26,625 nucleotides of DNA from a virus, in IMG/VR virus record IMGVR_UViG_3300032038_000557, positions 1-26,625 of that record; one strand, written 5' to 3'. Shown here one piece after another: positions 18,061 through 26,625 of the stretch. The position numbers and the translations under genes are program-made. Below the pieces are notes generated by a model, which saw nothing but the letters and a program-made list of their open reading frames with translations, did not search any database and was not told the origin of the DNA. Within the stretch, counting starts at the first letter, position 1; the number at the start of each line of letters is the position of its first letter.

Positions 18061-18274
18061 TTTCTTTCTCGCTTTCTAGTTCCTTTAGCCAATTGTAAGT
18101 GGCATCTTCTTCTGCAGTAATCTCTCTGTAAACAGAAGTATCAGTAGTTAAAGGACAATTTGCTATTTTGGAGCTACTGTAGTTTTTGATATCTTCTGTG
18201 TCTTTATATGTTGTTATATAGTGATCATCATCAGCGATAATCTCTATAAAGTATTTTTTAGTATTGATTTTCAT
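18047..18274 (-). CDS. Hypothetical acidic protein, 75 aa
   Basis: Intact ORF ending in TAA. Confidence 0.55.
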   Translation of the reverse strand: MKINTKKYFIEIIADDDHYITTYKDTEDIKNYSSSKIANCPLTTDTSVYREITAEEDATYNWLKELESEKENDNS

Positions 18275-18286
18275 AGTCTAAATGTT

Positions 18287-21085
18287 TTAAGCCGTCATAA
18301 TAGTCCATCTCTTTGCAGTAGCAATAGCAATTTCCTCTTCACTTAAGAGAGCATAAGATGTTGCATTAAGATATAACTGAGCATCAGTTACAGTAGTATC
18401 ATCTGGAGCTGCTAAACCGTTGATCACATTCATAATGGATTCTTTAGTTAATGCAGTGAGTTTAGTTAGGATGAGTCGATGATCAACACCTCCGCTTCCA
18501 ACAAACGCTTTACCAAGATTAGTGAAACCACCAAGAGTTGTTAAGCTATTATATTTTTGATTGCGAGAAGCACCAAACGGATTCGCTTTAGCTACAGAAG
18601 TACAATCCATCGCTCCAATAGAAGTATAGCTAAAGGAAGCATTTGAGTTATTTGAGCCAAACATACTGGTAATATCAAAAGCATTTGGGCTATTGAATGC
18701 AGGAAGGCTAGTTATTCCAGTACAATCATAGAACATATAATCCATACCCTCAACGTTACTATAATCAAATTGAGGAATTGCAGTAAGGTTGACACAACTC
18801 TGAAACATACTTGTCATCGTAGTTGCTTTACTTGTATTATACGCAGGAACTGTTGACAATAGAGCACAACCCTTAAACATATCTCTGAAGTCAGTTACAT
18901 TTGCTGTATTGAAAGTTGGTGCAGTCTGTAAAGTTGAACAGTTTTGGAACATTTGCATACAATTCTGAAGTGAATCAGTATTAGTCAACGTTACATTTTT
19001 AAGATTCTTACAACCATAGAACATTTGATAAGCTGATCCAACGTCACCACCGCCAGAAGCATTCGCTAAATCAACCGATGCTCTTCTCAAACTAATGCAT
19101 CCACCAAATAAAGAATAGGAGGTAGCCTCTGAGGAAGGATTTATAGTTCTAAACTGTAGATCTGGTGCATACACTAAATTAACACAACCTTGGAAGAATC
19201 CAACACTACTATTTATAGTTTCTGTTATATCAACCTTCGGAGCATATACCATAGCTGGTTTATAACTCCAATACGTTGAATCATCTTCTGGAGTATAATT
19301 CTCTAAAAGATTAGCAGTAATAGCAACATCACTATTTATACCAACACTCGCTACATCTTCGCAGGTCCAACCCATTGATTCCCAATCAACGCATCCACCA
19401 CCAGAAGAAGGAACGTTAACAGTTATTGAAACACCATCAAAGTAATCAAACTGTTCTCCTTGATAATCAGAAGGAGTATAAGTATATGTTCCATTCTCTG
19501 TGATGGTTTCCTCTACATAACCAGTATGAGGATCATCTCCACCTCCACATTCAGCTTGTCCTTGAGCATAACCAGCATCATATCCTGCTGTATAACCTTC
19601 ATCAGTACCTTCAACACCAAGAATAGTTACACCAGATAAGATATTCTCTGGCTGTATGTTAGCATCAATTGAAGCAGTTACACCAGCAATAGTAACTTGC
19701 GAAAGAGCATCATAACCTTGATCTGGAGTTATAATCTGTTGAGCAGTAGAAGGATCAGCTGTCTTTGCTTGTAAAGTGGTTACAGAAGTAGGAACATTAA
19801 CGGTTATGCTTGCCGATCCATAGAAGTCAGCATCACTTTGCGTAGGATCAAATTCATAAGTTCCATTAGCAGTAATAGTTTCCTTTAAGTCAATAGATGA
19901 TGGTTCTGGAACAGCAACTGTTATGGAAGCACTATCAAATCCATCATACTGACTACCTTGATAATCAGAAGGATCGAAATTATATGTTCCGTTTTCAGTA
20001 ATAGTTTCTTGTAAAGCGGCTGTTTCAAATGTAGGGCATTCTGATTGTCCTTGAGCATAACCTTCATCCCAACCTGCTTGATAACCAGCATTTGTACCAG
20101 AAACACCAAGAATACTAACTCCTTCAATGATATTCTCCGGCTGTATATTATCATCAATTCCAGCAGTAACTGAATTGACTGTTACTTTATTTAATCCATC
20201 ATAATCATCATCAGCGGTAACTTCTATTGGAATTGTATTAGGAATGACTGTCTTACTTTGAAGTCTAGGTTCAATATCAACTTCCACTTGATTCCAACCA
20301 TCTTCTCTTGTAAAGACACCGTTCTCAGTAAAGGTAGTGGAAGTGAGTTTAGCTTTCTGTTCTGCAACACCAGCACTATGACCTTCATCATAGTAAGCAG
20401 AAGTATCTATGTTAGTAGTAATTTCAACACTTGATAAACCATCGTAGTTAGCATCTGGAGTAACAGCAGTAACTCCATTCTCTGTTATAGTAACAGTTTT
20501 CTCTTGAGTTGAGAAAGTAGGAATAGGGACATTAACAGATACATCTGAATAACCATCTTCTCTTGAATAATCACCATTAGCAGTTATATCAAGATGAGTA
20601 AGTTTAGCTTTCTGTTGTTCAGTACCAGCTCTATATCCTTCATTATAATATTTATCTGTATTAATATTGGTAGTAACGGATACACTAGATAAACCGTCAT
20701 AATTAGCATCTGGAGTTACTGCAGTCACTCCGTTTTCTGTAACAGTAATTGATTTCTCTTGAGTGGAGAAAGTGGGAATAGGAACATTCACATTAACTGA
20801 ATTGTAACCATCTTCTCTATCATACTGTCCATTAGCAGTAACTTCTAAAGAAGTAAGTTTTGCTTTTTGTTCCTCAATACCATCTTCTTTCCCTTCATTA
20901 TATAAAGCTTCATCACTAACTTCTACAGTGACTTTGCTATAACCGTCATAACCTTCCTCTGGAGTATAGACACCATTCTCAGTAGCAGTCAATTCAGTGA
21001 GAGTTGCTGAATTACCTTCGGTGTTCTGTCCAGCTCTTGTAGTAGTGTTAAGAGCGGTTTTTGGAGTTGTAAATTTAATTGCCAT
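18287..21085 (-). CDS. BspA-like / DUF285-type leucine-rich-repeat surface protein fused to tandem repeat modules, 932 aa; probable adhesin or receptor-binding protein
   Basis: The C-terminal third has repeats of the type NTxNVTxMxxMFxxCxxLxxxP (FQGCVNL, FGGCISL, FYGCKNL, FQNCSTL, FKGCALL, FQSCVNL, FYDCTGI). The N-terminal part has about 85-aa tandem repeats (QKAKLT...TENGV...DANYDGLSSV). There are 932 codons with 6 TGG and no TGA. Confidence 0.8.
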   Translation of the reverse strand: MAIKFTTPKTALNTTTRAGQNTEGNSATLTELTATENGVYTPEEGYDGYSKVTVEVSDEALYNEGKEDGIEEQKAKLTSLEVTANGQYDREDGYNSVNVNVPIPTFSTQEKSITVTENGVTAVTPDANYDGLSSVSVTTNINTDKYYNEGYRAGTEQQKAKLTHLDITANGDYSREDGYSDVSVNVPIPTFSTQEKTVTITENGVTAVTPDANYDGLSSVEITTNIDTSAYYDEGHSAGVAEQKAKLTSTTFTENGVFTREDGWNQVEVDIEPRLQSKTVIPNTIPIEVTADDDYDGLNKVTVNSVTAGIDDNIQPENIIEGVSILGVSGTNAGYQAGWDEGYAQGQSECPTFETAALQETITENGTYNFDPSDYQGSQYDGFDSASITVAVPEPSSIDLKETITANGTYEFDPTQSDADFYGSASITVNVPTSVTTLQAKTADPSTAQQIITPDQGYDALSQVTIAGVTASIDANIQPENILSGVTILGVEGTDEGYTAGYDAGYAQGQAECGGGDDPHTGYVEETITENGTYTYTPSDYQGEQFDYFDGVSITVNVPSSGGGCVDWESMGWTCEDVASVGINSDVAITANLLENYTPEDDSTYWSYKPAMVYAPKVDITETINSSVGFFQGCVNLVYAPDLQFRTINPSSEATSYSLFGGCISLRRASVDLANASGGGDVGSAYQMFYGCKNLKNVTLTNTDSLQNCMQMFQNCSTLQTAPTFNTANVTDFRDMFKGCALLSTVPAYNTSKATTMTSMFQSCVNLTAIPQFDYSNVEGMDYMFYDCTGITSLPAFNSPNAFDITSMFGSNNSNASFSYTSIGAMDCTSVAKANPFGASRNQKYNSLTTLGGFTNLGKAFVGSGGVDHRLILTKLTALTKESIMNVINGLAAPDDTTVTDAQLYLNATSYALLSEEEIAIATAKRWTIMTA

Positions 21086-21099
21086 ATTAACTTTATATT

Positions 21100-21137
21100 A
21101 AAAAAGCCGAGCAGAGCAAATCTGCCCATACTCGGCT
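21100..21137 (-). terminator. Rho-independent terminator after the major tail gene
   Basis: AGCCGAG (21105-21111) pairs with CTCGGCT (21131-21137), with an inner GCAGA/TCTGC helix. A T6 run follows on the minus strand. Confidence 0.65.
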
Positions 21138-21159
21138 CATTATTAAACATTAGTACAAA

Positions 21160-21729
21160 TTAGCAAGCATTTGCTACGTTACCTTTCATAGCAGTAACTG
21201 CTTCTGCAGTAAGTTCATAAGGATAAGTCTTGGAATCGGTAGAAAGAGTGATTAAGTAAGCATTCTGATCACCTTTTGCAGTACCAGTGTTACCAGAACC
21301 AGCAGATGCACTTACATAATCATCTAAACCAAGATACCAGTATTTACCATTGGAATCCTCAACAACTGCCACCACTTGACCAATAGACATAGCTGCGATT
21401 TCGAGTCTCTTAGCAGTTTCCATCTTGGTAAAGACAAGAGAAAGCTCATTTGCAACATAGTTGGTTCCAGTAGTTTCATCTACATTAAGAGTGGAAGTTA
21501 AACTTCCAGTCTCTTTTCTAAACTGATATTCGTACCATTTTGCATCAGCTTTAAGAGTGATTGCGGAAATGGCAAGATCCCTATCATCATTATCGGAAAC
21601 TGGATCAACGGTAACTGCAGTTACATCAGAGTAACGAGTTAACCAAACTCTTTTGATACCACCGAGAGATGACTGGCAATCCATACAAATACCAGCAAGG
21701 GTTATACTTGAACAATTAAGATTAGGCAT
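21160..21729 (-). CDS. Putative major tail protein, 189 aa
   Basis: Intact ORF followed by a strong terminator. The pattern KWYEYQFRKETGSLT...ELSLVF...VVAVVEDSNGKYWYLGLDD...GTGTAKGDQNAY resembles siphovirus major tail proteins as I recall them. No TGA. Confidence 0.55.
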   Translation of the reverse strand: MPNLNCSSITLAGICMDCQSSLGGIKRVWLTRYSDVTAVTVDPVSDNDDRDLAISAITLKADAKWYEYQFRKETGSLTSTLNVDETTGTNYVANELSLVFTKMETAKRLEIAAMSIGQVVAVVEDSNGKYWYLGLDDYVSASAGSGNTGTAKGDQNAYLITLSTDSKTYPYELTAEAVTAMKGNVANAC

Positions 21730-21757
21730 AGTAAAAAATTAATTAAATGTTTATAAA

Positions 21758-22669
21758 TTAAACAGTTGCGAGAACAACCTCGTTAGGGAATGCAACCTGA
21801 ACACCGAAGTTGAATTCGATATCAAGACGGAATTCTCTATTATCTTGTGAGTACCAGAACTCAAACTTCTCTTGATCATCCTGCATATCACAGCCATAGA
21901 AGAAATTCTTCTCTAACTGACCAGCAACGATGGAATTGGTTCCATTAAGTCCGTTAACAGCAATAACCTTAACAGAAGTACCAGGAATGATAACCTCATC
22001 AACTGGAGTACCAGGATTGTAGTGATATAAGTTCTTCTCAACGAGAGCCTGCACAAAGAGACGGAATTTGTCTGCACCCATAACGATAGAGGAACCTTCA
22101 AGAACCTCAACGGGAATTGCATTGTAAACAGCAAGAACTGCATTGTAAACATCAGTAGCAGTGGTAAGAGTAACAGTAACCTTGTTAACACCAGTGGCTG
22201 CATTAAGGATCTTTAAGAGACCATCAACTTTATTGAGGTTTTCATCTGCACTGTCAGTATCACCCTGCCAAATAGCCTTCTCAACAGCAGCATTGACACT
22301 CTTGATGACTTCGTTGATGAAATTCTCCTCGAAAGGAAGAGTCTTCTGACCAGCAGCAACTCTAACAGCATACTGAGTTCAGTATTTGAGCATTTCCTTA
22401 TCACAGTAAGCCATATTGATCTTTATGTGACCAGTGTGAAGGATTCTCTGAGAAAGAGTCTGTGCACCACCTTCTTCCCAACCGCAAGTAAGTCCGTCAC
22501 CGAACTCAACTTCAGTAGAAAGAAGATTGAGAGCTGCGTCTAATTTAACGCCAGTCTGTAAATTGAAAAGACTAGCAGATTTTGATTTAATAACCGCTTG
22601 AGCGATAAGAGGGAGTCTATGCTGCTCAATGTACGCAGTCATAGAACTAAAAATAGGGTTTGTAGCCAT
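21758..22669 (-). CDS. Major capsid protein, 303 aa
   Basis: Fragments 21758-22081 and 22379-22669 are in frame. I translated 22082-22378 and it is open. The single TGA is at 22379 (context MLKY-W-TQYAV). It lies directly after the protease and scaffold genes. Stop is TAA. Confidence 0.8.
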
Positions 22670-22697
22670 AGTTTAAATAAGTTGTTTTATTAATTAA

Positions 22698-23246
22698 TTA
22701 TTTCCTAGAAGCTTCTTTAATACCCTCTAACATCGCATTGAAATTGCGGTCTTTTGTAGTAAGGTTAGCTTCCTTTTTATCTATCTCTACTTCTGCAGAT
22801 TCAATTGCTGACATTTCACACACTTTCTGAAGTTGTGCATTAGTTTCAACACCAGCAGACTCTACTGCAGCTACTTTCTTAACGAGCTGATCTACAATAT
22901 TATAGAGCTCGTTTATTTCTTTACGGATCTCTTCAATTGCATCTGGAGTGGATTCCACTTCTGGAGTCTCTTCGAGAGCTTCTTCTACTTCTTCAACTTC
23001 TTCAACTTCTTCTTTGGTTTTGATGTCAGTGATGATTCCATCAGCAACTACATATGTTCTGCCATCATCAGCAACATATTCTCCATCAGCAGCAGGAATA
23101 AACTCACCATCAGATTCAACGTAAACAGCGATACCGACAGTAACATCATCTTCTGCATAATTAAGAACAGCATCAGCAGTTCTGATTTCTCCAAGTTGAG
23201 CAAGAAGCTTTTTTAACTCTACTTTAAGTTTAGAAAATTTACTCAT
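22698..23246 (-). CDS. Scaffolding protein, 182 aa
   Basis: Acidic helical protein with EEVEEVEEVEE, located between the protease and capsid genes. No Trp codons. Confidence 0.6.
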   Translation of the reverse strand: MSKFSKLKVELKKLLAQLGEIRTADAVLNYAEDDVTVGIAVYVESDGEFIPAADGEYVADDGRTYVVADGIITDIKTKEEVEEVEEVEEALEETPEVESTPDAIEEIRKEINELYNIVDQLVKKVAAVESAGVETNAQLQKVCEMSAIESAEVEIDKKEANLTTKDRNFNAMLEGIKEASRK

Positions 23247-23251
23247 TTGGT

Positions 23252-23836
23252 TTACTTTAAATGTTTAATTTGATTGTATATCATTTCAGCTTCTTTCCGT
23301 TCATCTTCAGATAATGCAGTGGCATTAGTTGGAGAAAGAACAGCTTCAATACTGAAACCTTTATAGTCATTTGTAATCTCATTAAAGAGATCTTCACTGG
23401 TTACTTTATATTCTATCATTAAGGAACCATCTGGAATATCTTCAAATCCTTCTATCTTCTCTATTTTAGAATTAGTAACTCATATAGAAATTGGATATAT
23501 CGTACCATCAGATATATCCTTTTGGTTGTGATTCGTATCTACATTAACCGCACTACCATCTCTAATCATCTTAGAAGCAAGATTCTCTATAGCATTCTTT
23601 GAGAAAGCTATATAGTATTCTTCTTTTCCATTTCTTCTGTATATTGGCTGATCTGGTATTAATAAAGCACCGTAAACAGTATGATTTGAATCATTCTTTA
23701 CCAGTTTGTATTCTTTAGAAAGAGTTATGAAATTCTTTTCTATTGCTGGTCTTTCAACTAATGAGATTCTGTTGATTCCTTCTTCATCATCATTAACGTC
23801 TAAATAGATCAGCGGTAAATCATTATATAGTTGCAT
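23252..23836 (-). CDS. XkdF-like prohead protease, 194 aa
   Basis: The N-terminus INRISLVERPAIEKNF resembles the XkdF-type protease family. Fragment 23480-23836 continues through TGA at 23480 to TAA at 23252-23254. Confidence 0.55.
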
Positions 23837-23876
23837 AGTAAAAGTTTTAGTAAAATATTGTCTTTAAGTAAAATGT

Positions 23877-23900
23877 AAAGGGTTAGTTTCCTAACCCTTT
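23877..23900 (-). terminator. Hairpin between the tape-measure-like and protease genes
   Basis: 10-bp stem AAAGGGTTAG / CTAACCCTTT with a 4-nt loop. The downstream T-tract is weak. Confidence 0.4.
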
Positions 23901-23905
23901 GACTA

Positions 23906-26625
23906 TTAGAAACTTGCATTTTCTTCAGTGACTCTTACTTTGTTTTGCTTTTTAGTTATGTCACTTTCAAGCACATAACACTTGATAGGATCATTTAACT
24001 TGTCAAGTTCTTTATCTCCTAAGAGTTCTCTGGAGTAAGTAATAGGAGCTTGAATCATACCAGCAGGAGCTTGTACAGAAGATCCACTAATAGAAGCACT
24101 CATAGAAGCACTTAAACCAAGTTCGGAACCAGCTTTAAGAATCTGTTTTACATTAGCAATACCAGAAGCAATTGCAGCAGCTGCAGCAGCAATACCCAAA
24201 GCAGGACCAACATAAGGAATACCAGACATAGCTGCATAAGCAGAGTTAGCTGCCTTATAAGTATCAATAGTTGCTTGTGCAACGGCAAATCCTTTACCAA
24301 CAGCAGTTTCTTCACCAACAAGAACAGACATAGCTCCCATAACTTCAGAAGCTACATCAAAAGTAGCATTCATAGCTTCTTGTCTCTTTTGCTGAACAGA
24401 TTGGAAAGCAGCTAAGTTATCTTCTGCATTCTTTTGTTCAGCATCTTGTAGAGCAATCGTATTTTCAGCAAGAGTTCTCTGAATCTCCATTCTTGCATCA
24501 GCATCAGTAGTTTCTAAATCTAGCTGTTGCTTTAAAAGATCATTCTCTTGCAGTATTCTTGTTCGAGTAAGTTCAAGAATCTTATTATTATACTCTATCT
24601 GCTTCTCATACTCAGTATTAACATCGTCTCTGGATTGATAGACATTTAAGAATGTTCCTCTAGTTCCTTGATCTCTATATTTACCAACTTCATTTGGATT
24701 GTTATTTAATCCAAGTAAATTGCTAAATCCTTGAGTATAAGTAGTTTGGAATGTTTGCTGTCTAGGATCTCTTAGATTAGAAGTAGCATATAAAGCTCTA
24801 ATGTTCTTTATATGGTCTTTGATTCTATCTATTTCATCCTTTCTTTCTTTATCTTCCTTATCATTACCTAACTTTTCGTATTTGTCATCTAAATCAGCAA
24901 TAGCTTTCTGTTTAGCTTCTTCCAGCTCTACAGTATCATAGCCATATTTCTTAGCTAATTCAATTAAACGATCATAGTAAGCAGCAGTATCTCTATATTC
25001 CTTTACTTCTTCATCAAGTCTTGAATCTCTTATTTGCTCAAGACCAGCTTTCAGTTCTTTGAGTTCTGCTTCTGTTTGATCTTTAACTGGATTATTATTG
25101 TCATTATTACCGCCATCTGGACTACGATGACCAAATACATCTCAGTATCTCTGCCAGAATGTATCAGATTCTGTATATAGTTTCTTTAATCGTTCATTGA
25201 TATCTGTAGTTAACTGATCAAGATCTTTCTTTATCTTATTTGCTTGTGCTTCTCTTGCTTGATCAGCAACTGCTTGCTGTGCTTCAAGATCTCGTTGATC
25301 AACTCAACCACCACCATATAACACATAAGCAGAAGATGTTTGGTCTCTTTGTGTTAATTCTACATTAGCAAGCTTATCTTCGAGTTCTAATCGTTTTGTC
25401 AAGTAATCCTCATAGAGTTTAGCAGCAGCATTCTCAGTAGCCAATGCTCTACCTCTATCCATAAGTGCCTTGATGTAAGTATCTGTATTCTTTACAAGAA
25501 GATCTTCTGCAGCATCTACATTATCAATACCTTCCTTAATGGAATCTAACTTATCTCGATAATCAAGTAAGAACTGTTCTTTGGCAGCTTCGTTTCCTAA
25601 AGTTCTGAAAGTCTTAGCTAACTGTTGTAAAGTGGATATGGTTCCAGCAACACTCTTTGCTGTTTGTTCCCTTATCTCTTTATTGAACTTAGCCATTTCC
25701 CTTCTTGCTTCAGAAGTTCTCTTAATAAGATCGACAAGTTTATAAGCTGCTGTTACTAAAGCAGTTATGAGTAAAGTCCAACCAACTGTTTTAATAACTT
25801 GTCAGAATGCACCTCAAGCTTTTGATAATCCATTAACTGATTTAGTAGTTGTTTGAGTGGCAGCAGAGACTGAATCAAGATCAGTCTTAATATCAGCTAG
25901 TATTTTACTATCATCACCAAGATTTTCTTCTAGATTATGCAGTCCAGTAGCTAATTGATCAAATGAAACATTCAGTTCTTTAGCTGTAGCTCTAAGAGCA
26001 TCTTCATCAAAGGTGAAATCCCTTAACAGTTTATGAAGTTTCTCTGGTTTACCAGCTAATAATAAACTAATTGCATCATTCAATTCACCAACATTCATCT
26101 TGGCTTGTGTAGTATGCTGATTGTATATGCTGATGATATCCGAAAGTTTGTTCATATCACCAGTATATCCAATCATAGCTTTTTGAGCAGCAATAAGTTC
26201 ATCATTATATGCTTGCCATTTTTCATTTAATGGAACTATTGTTCTCCCTTGTGCTTCAAGAGCATCTGTTTGTTGCTGAATTATCTGAGTATTATTTGTA
26301 ATGACAGTTCCTCCAGCAGCAGCAGATGCTTTACCAGCCACTCCACCACCAGCAGCATTAGGTAAGTTTACTTTGTTGACATCCATCAACCTATCAACAG
26401 ATTGATCTATCTGTTTAGCAATAGGATTGAAAATGTTCTTTAAACCAGAGAACATATCAATTAATTTCTTAGCTTCTGGAATCAAATCCTTGAATCCAGA
26501 TAATCCTTGAATTAATTGAATTGTCCTTGCTGTAGTAGCTAAAGCTTTATTTAAATCTTCATCATCTCTAGCAAGTAGATTGATTGCAGCATTAACAGCA
26601 CTATACGATTTAGCTAACGATTCTC
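23906..26625 (-). CDS. Tape-measure-like protein, C-terminal 906 codons (partial at the right edge; 988 aa if joined to 1-247)
   Basis: Fragments 23906-24490, 25304-25696 and 25814-26485 are in one frame. All gaps translated: TGA at 25142, 25304, 25802 and 25814, no TAA or TAG. It has long coiled coils, a TM-like segment W-GAF-W-QVIKTVGWTLLITALVTAAY and a Gly/Ala-rich block GPALGIAAAAAAIASGIANV. The frame is open to 26625. Confidence 0.7.

Larger units (their letters stand above)
1..26625 (-). mobile_element. Temperate tailed-phage genome, probably complete and circularly permuted, translated with TGA as a sense codon (Trp, code-4-like)
   Basis: Terminase, portal, protease, scaffold, capsid, tail, tape-measure-like, lysis and integrase genes are present and no cellular genes. 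29 of 30 predicted genes are on the minus strand. ORFs open at both window edges join in phase (247 + 2720 nt = 989 codons). Confidence 0.7.

Noticed and set aside
909-22404. Minus-strand alternative-frame track ORFs 909-1157, 1875-2111, 5843-6049, 8673-8870, 11941-12186, 16934-17119, 19921-20157, 21913-22203 and 22213-22404
   Set aside because: Most are embedded out of frame within longer supported genes. ORF 11941-12186 instead runs antisense across the att region and the int start. Their translations are Leu/Ile/Lys-rich frame-shadow sequences with no recognisable motifs.
22981-23010. The tandem 9-nt repeat (ttcttcaac-like) as a regulatory or variable-number element
   Set aside because: It encodes the in-frame EEVEEVEEVEE acidic stretch of the scaffold protein. 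It is most simply a low-complexity coding repeat.
6711-23216. Plus-strand track ORFs 6711-6893, 8651-8881, 9053-9238, 9472-9675, 9748-9942, 13589-13816, 16573-16764, 22161-22349 and 22833-23216
   Set aside because: Each lies antisense to a well-supported minus-strand gene. They are short with low-complexity Ser/Leu/Phe-rich translations and lack promoter or coupling context. They are shadow ORFs.
1-26625. TGA read as Gly (code 25, Gracilibacteria/SR1-type) or as selenocysteine
   Set aside because: TGA falls in aromatic contexts and at positions I recall as conserved Trp (GIDWG, KWEGG, GWxNR, the BACON Trp). Sixty-four sites, including a tandem TGA-TGA, are far too many for Sec, and I saw no SECIS-like context. 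This still needs HMM-column confirmation.
1-26625. A CRISPR array, a diversity-generating retroelement or a toxin-antitoxin system
   Set aside because: There are no short regularly spaced direct repeats with unique spacers. I recognised no reverse transcriptase or template/variable repeat pair. The repeats present are protein-coding tandem domains or the R1/R2 regulatory duplication.

Overview
The window reads as a compact tailed-phage genome, probably complete and circularly permuted: ORFs open at both window edges join in phase. It carries a tyrosine integrase, so the phage is probably temperate. The main result is that the supplied standard-code ORF track is systematically broken. I re-translated the gaps between same-frame fragments by hand, and every interruption is TGA, never TAA or TAG. 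Reading TGA as a sense codon merges the fragments into about 30 tightly packed genes, 29 of them on the minus strand, and all end in TAA or TAG. TGA sits at positions where the homologous families, as I recall them, have conserved Trp. Examples are GIDWG in the large terminase, KWEGG and RGWMNR in a GH108 endolysin, and the Trp of BACON-like domains. The code is therefore code-4-like (TGA = Trp). Modules in minus-strand order: an early operon at 11705->9817 that includes a sigma-like regulator split over two frames. Next come terminase small and large subunits, a chaperone-like gene with a candidate -1 frameshift, and a neck protein. Two giant tail proteins follow (1328 and 950 aa), then a tape-measure-like gene spanning the window junction. 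After that come prohead protease, scaffold, capsid, major tail protein, a 932-aa BspA-like LRR protein, portal, connectors and a lysis cassette. The plus-strand integrase lies next to a tRNA 3'-end fragment (attP candidate) and contains no Trp codon of either kind. I could not find an intact tRNA. Twin Bacteroidota-type promoters and a duplicated operator-like module flank the integrase island. Functional names rest on remembered family motifs, not on searches.
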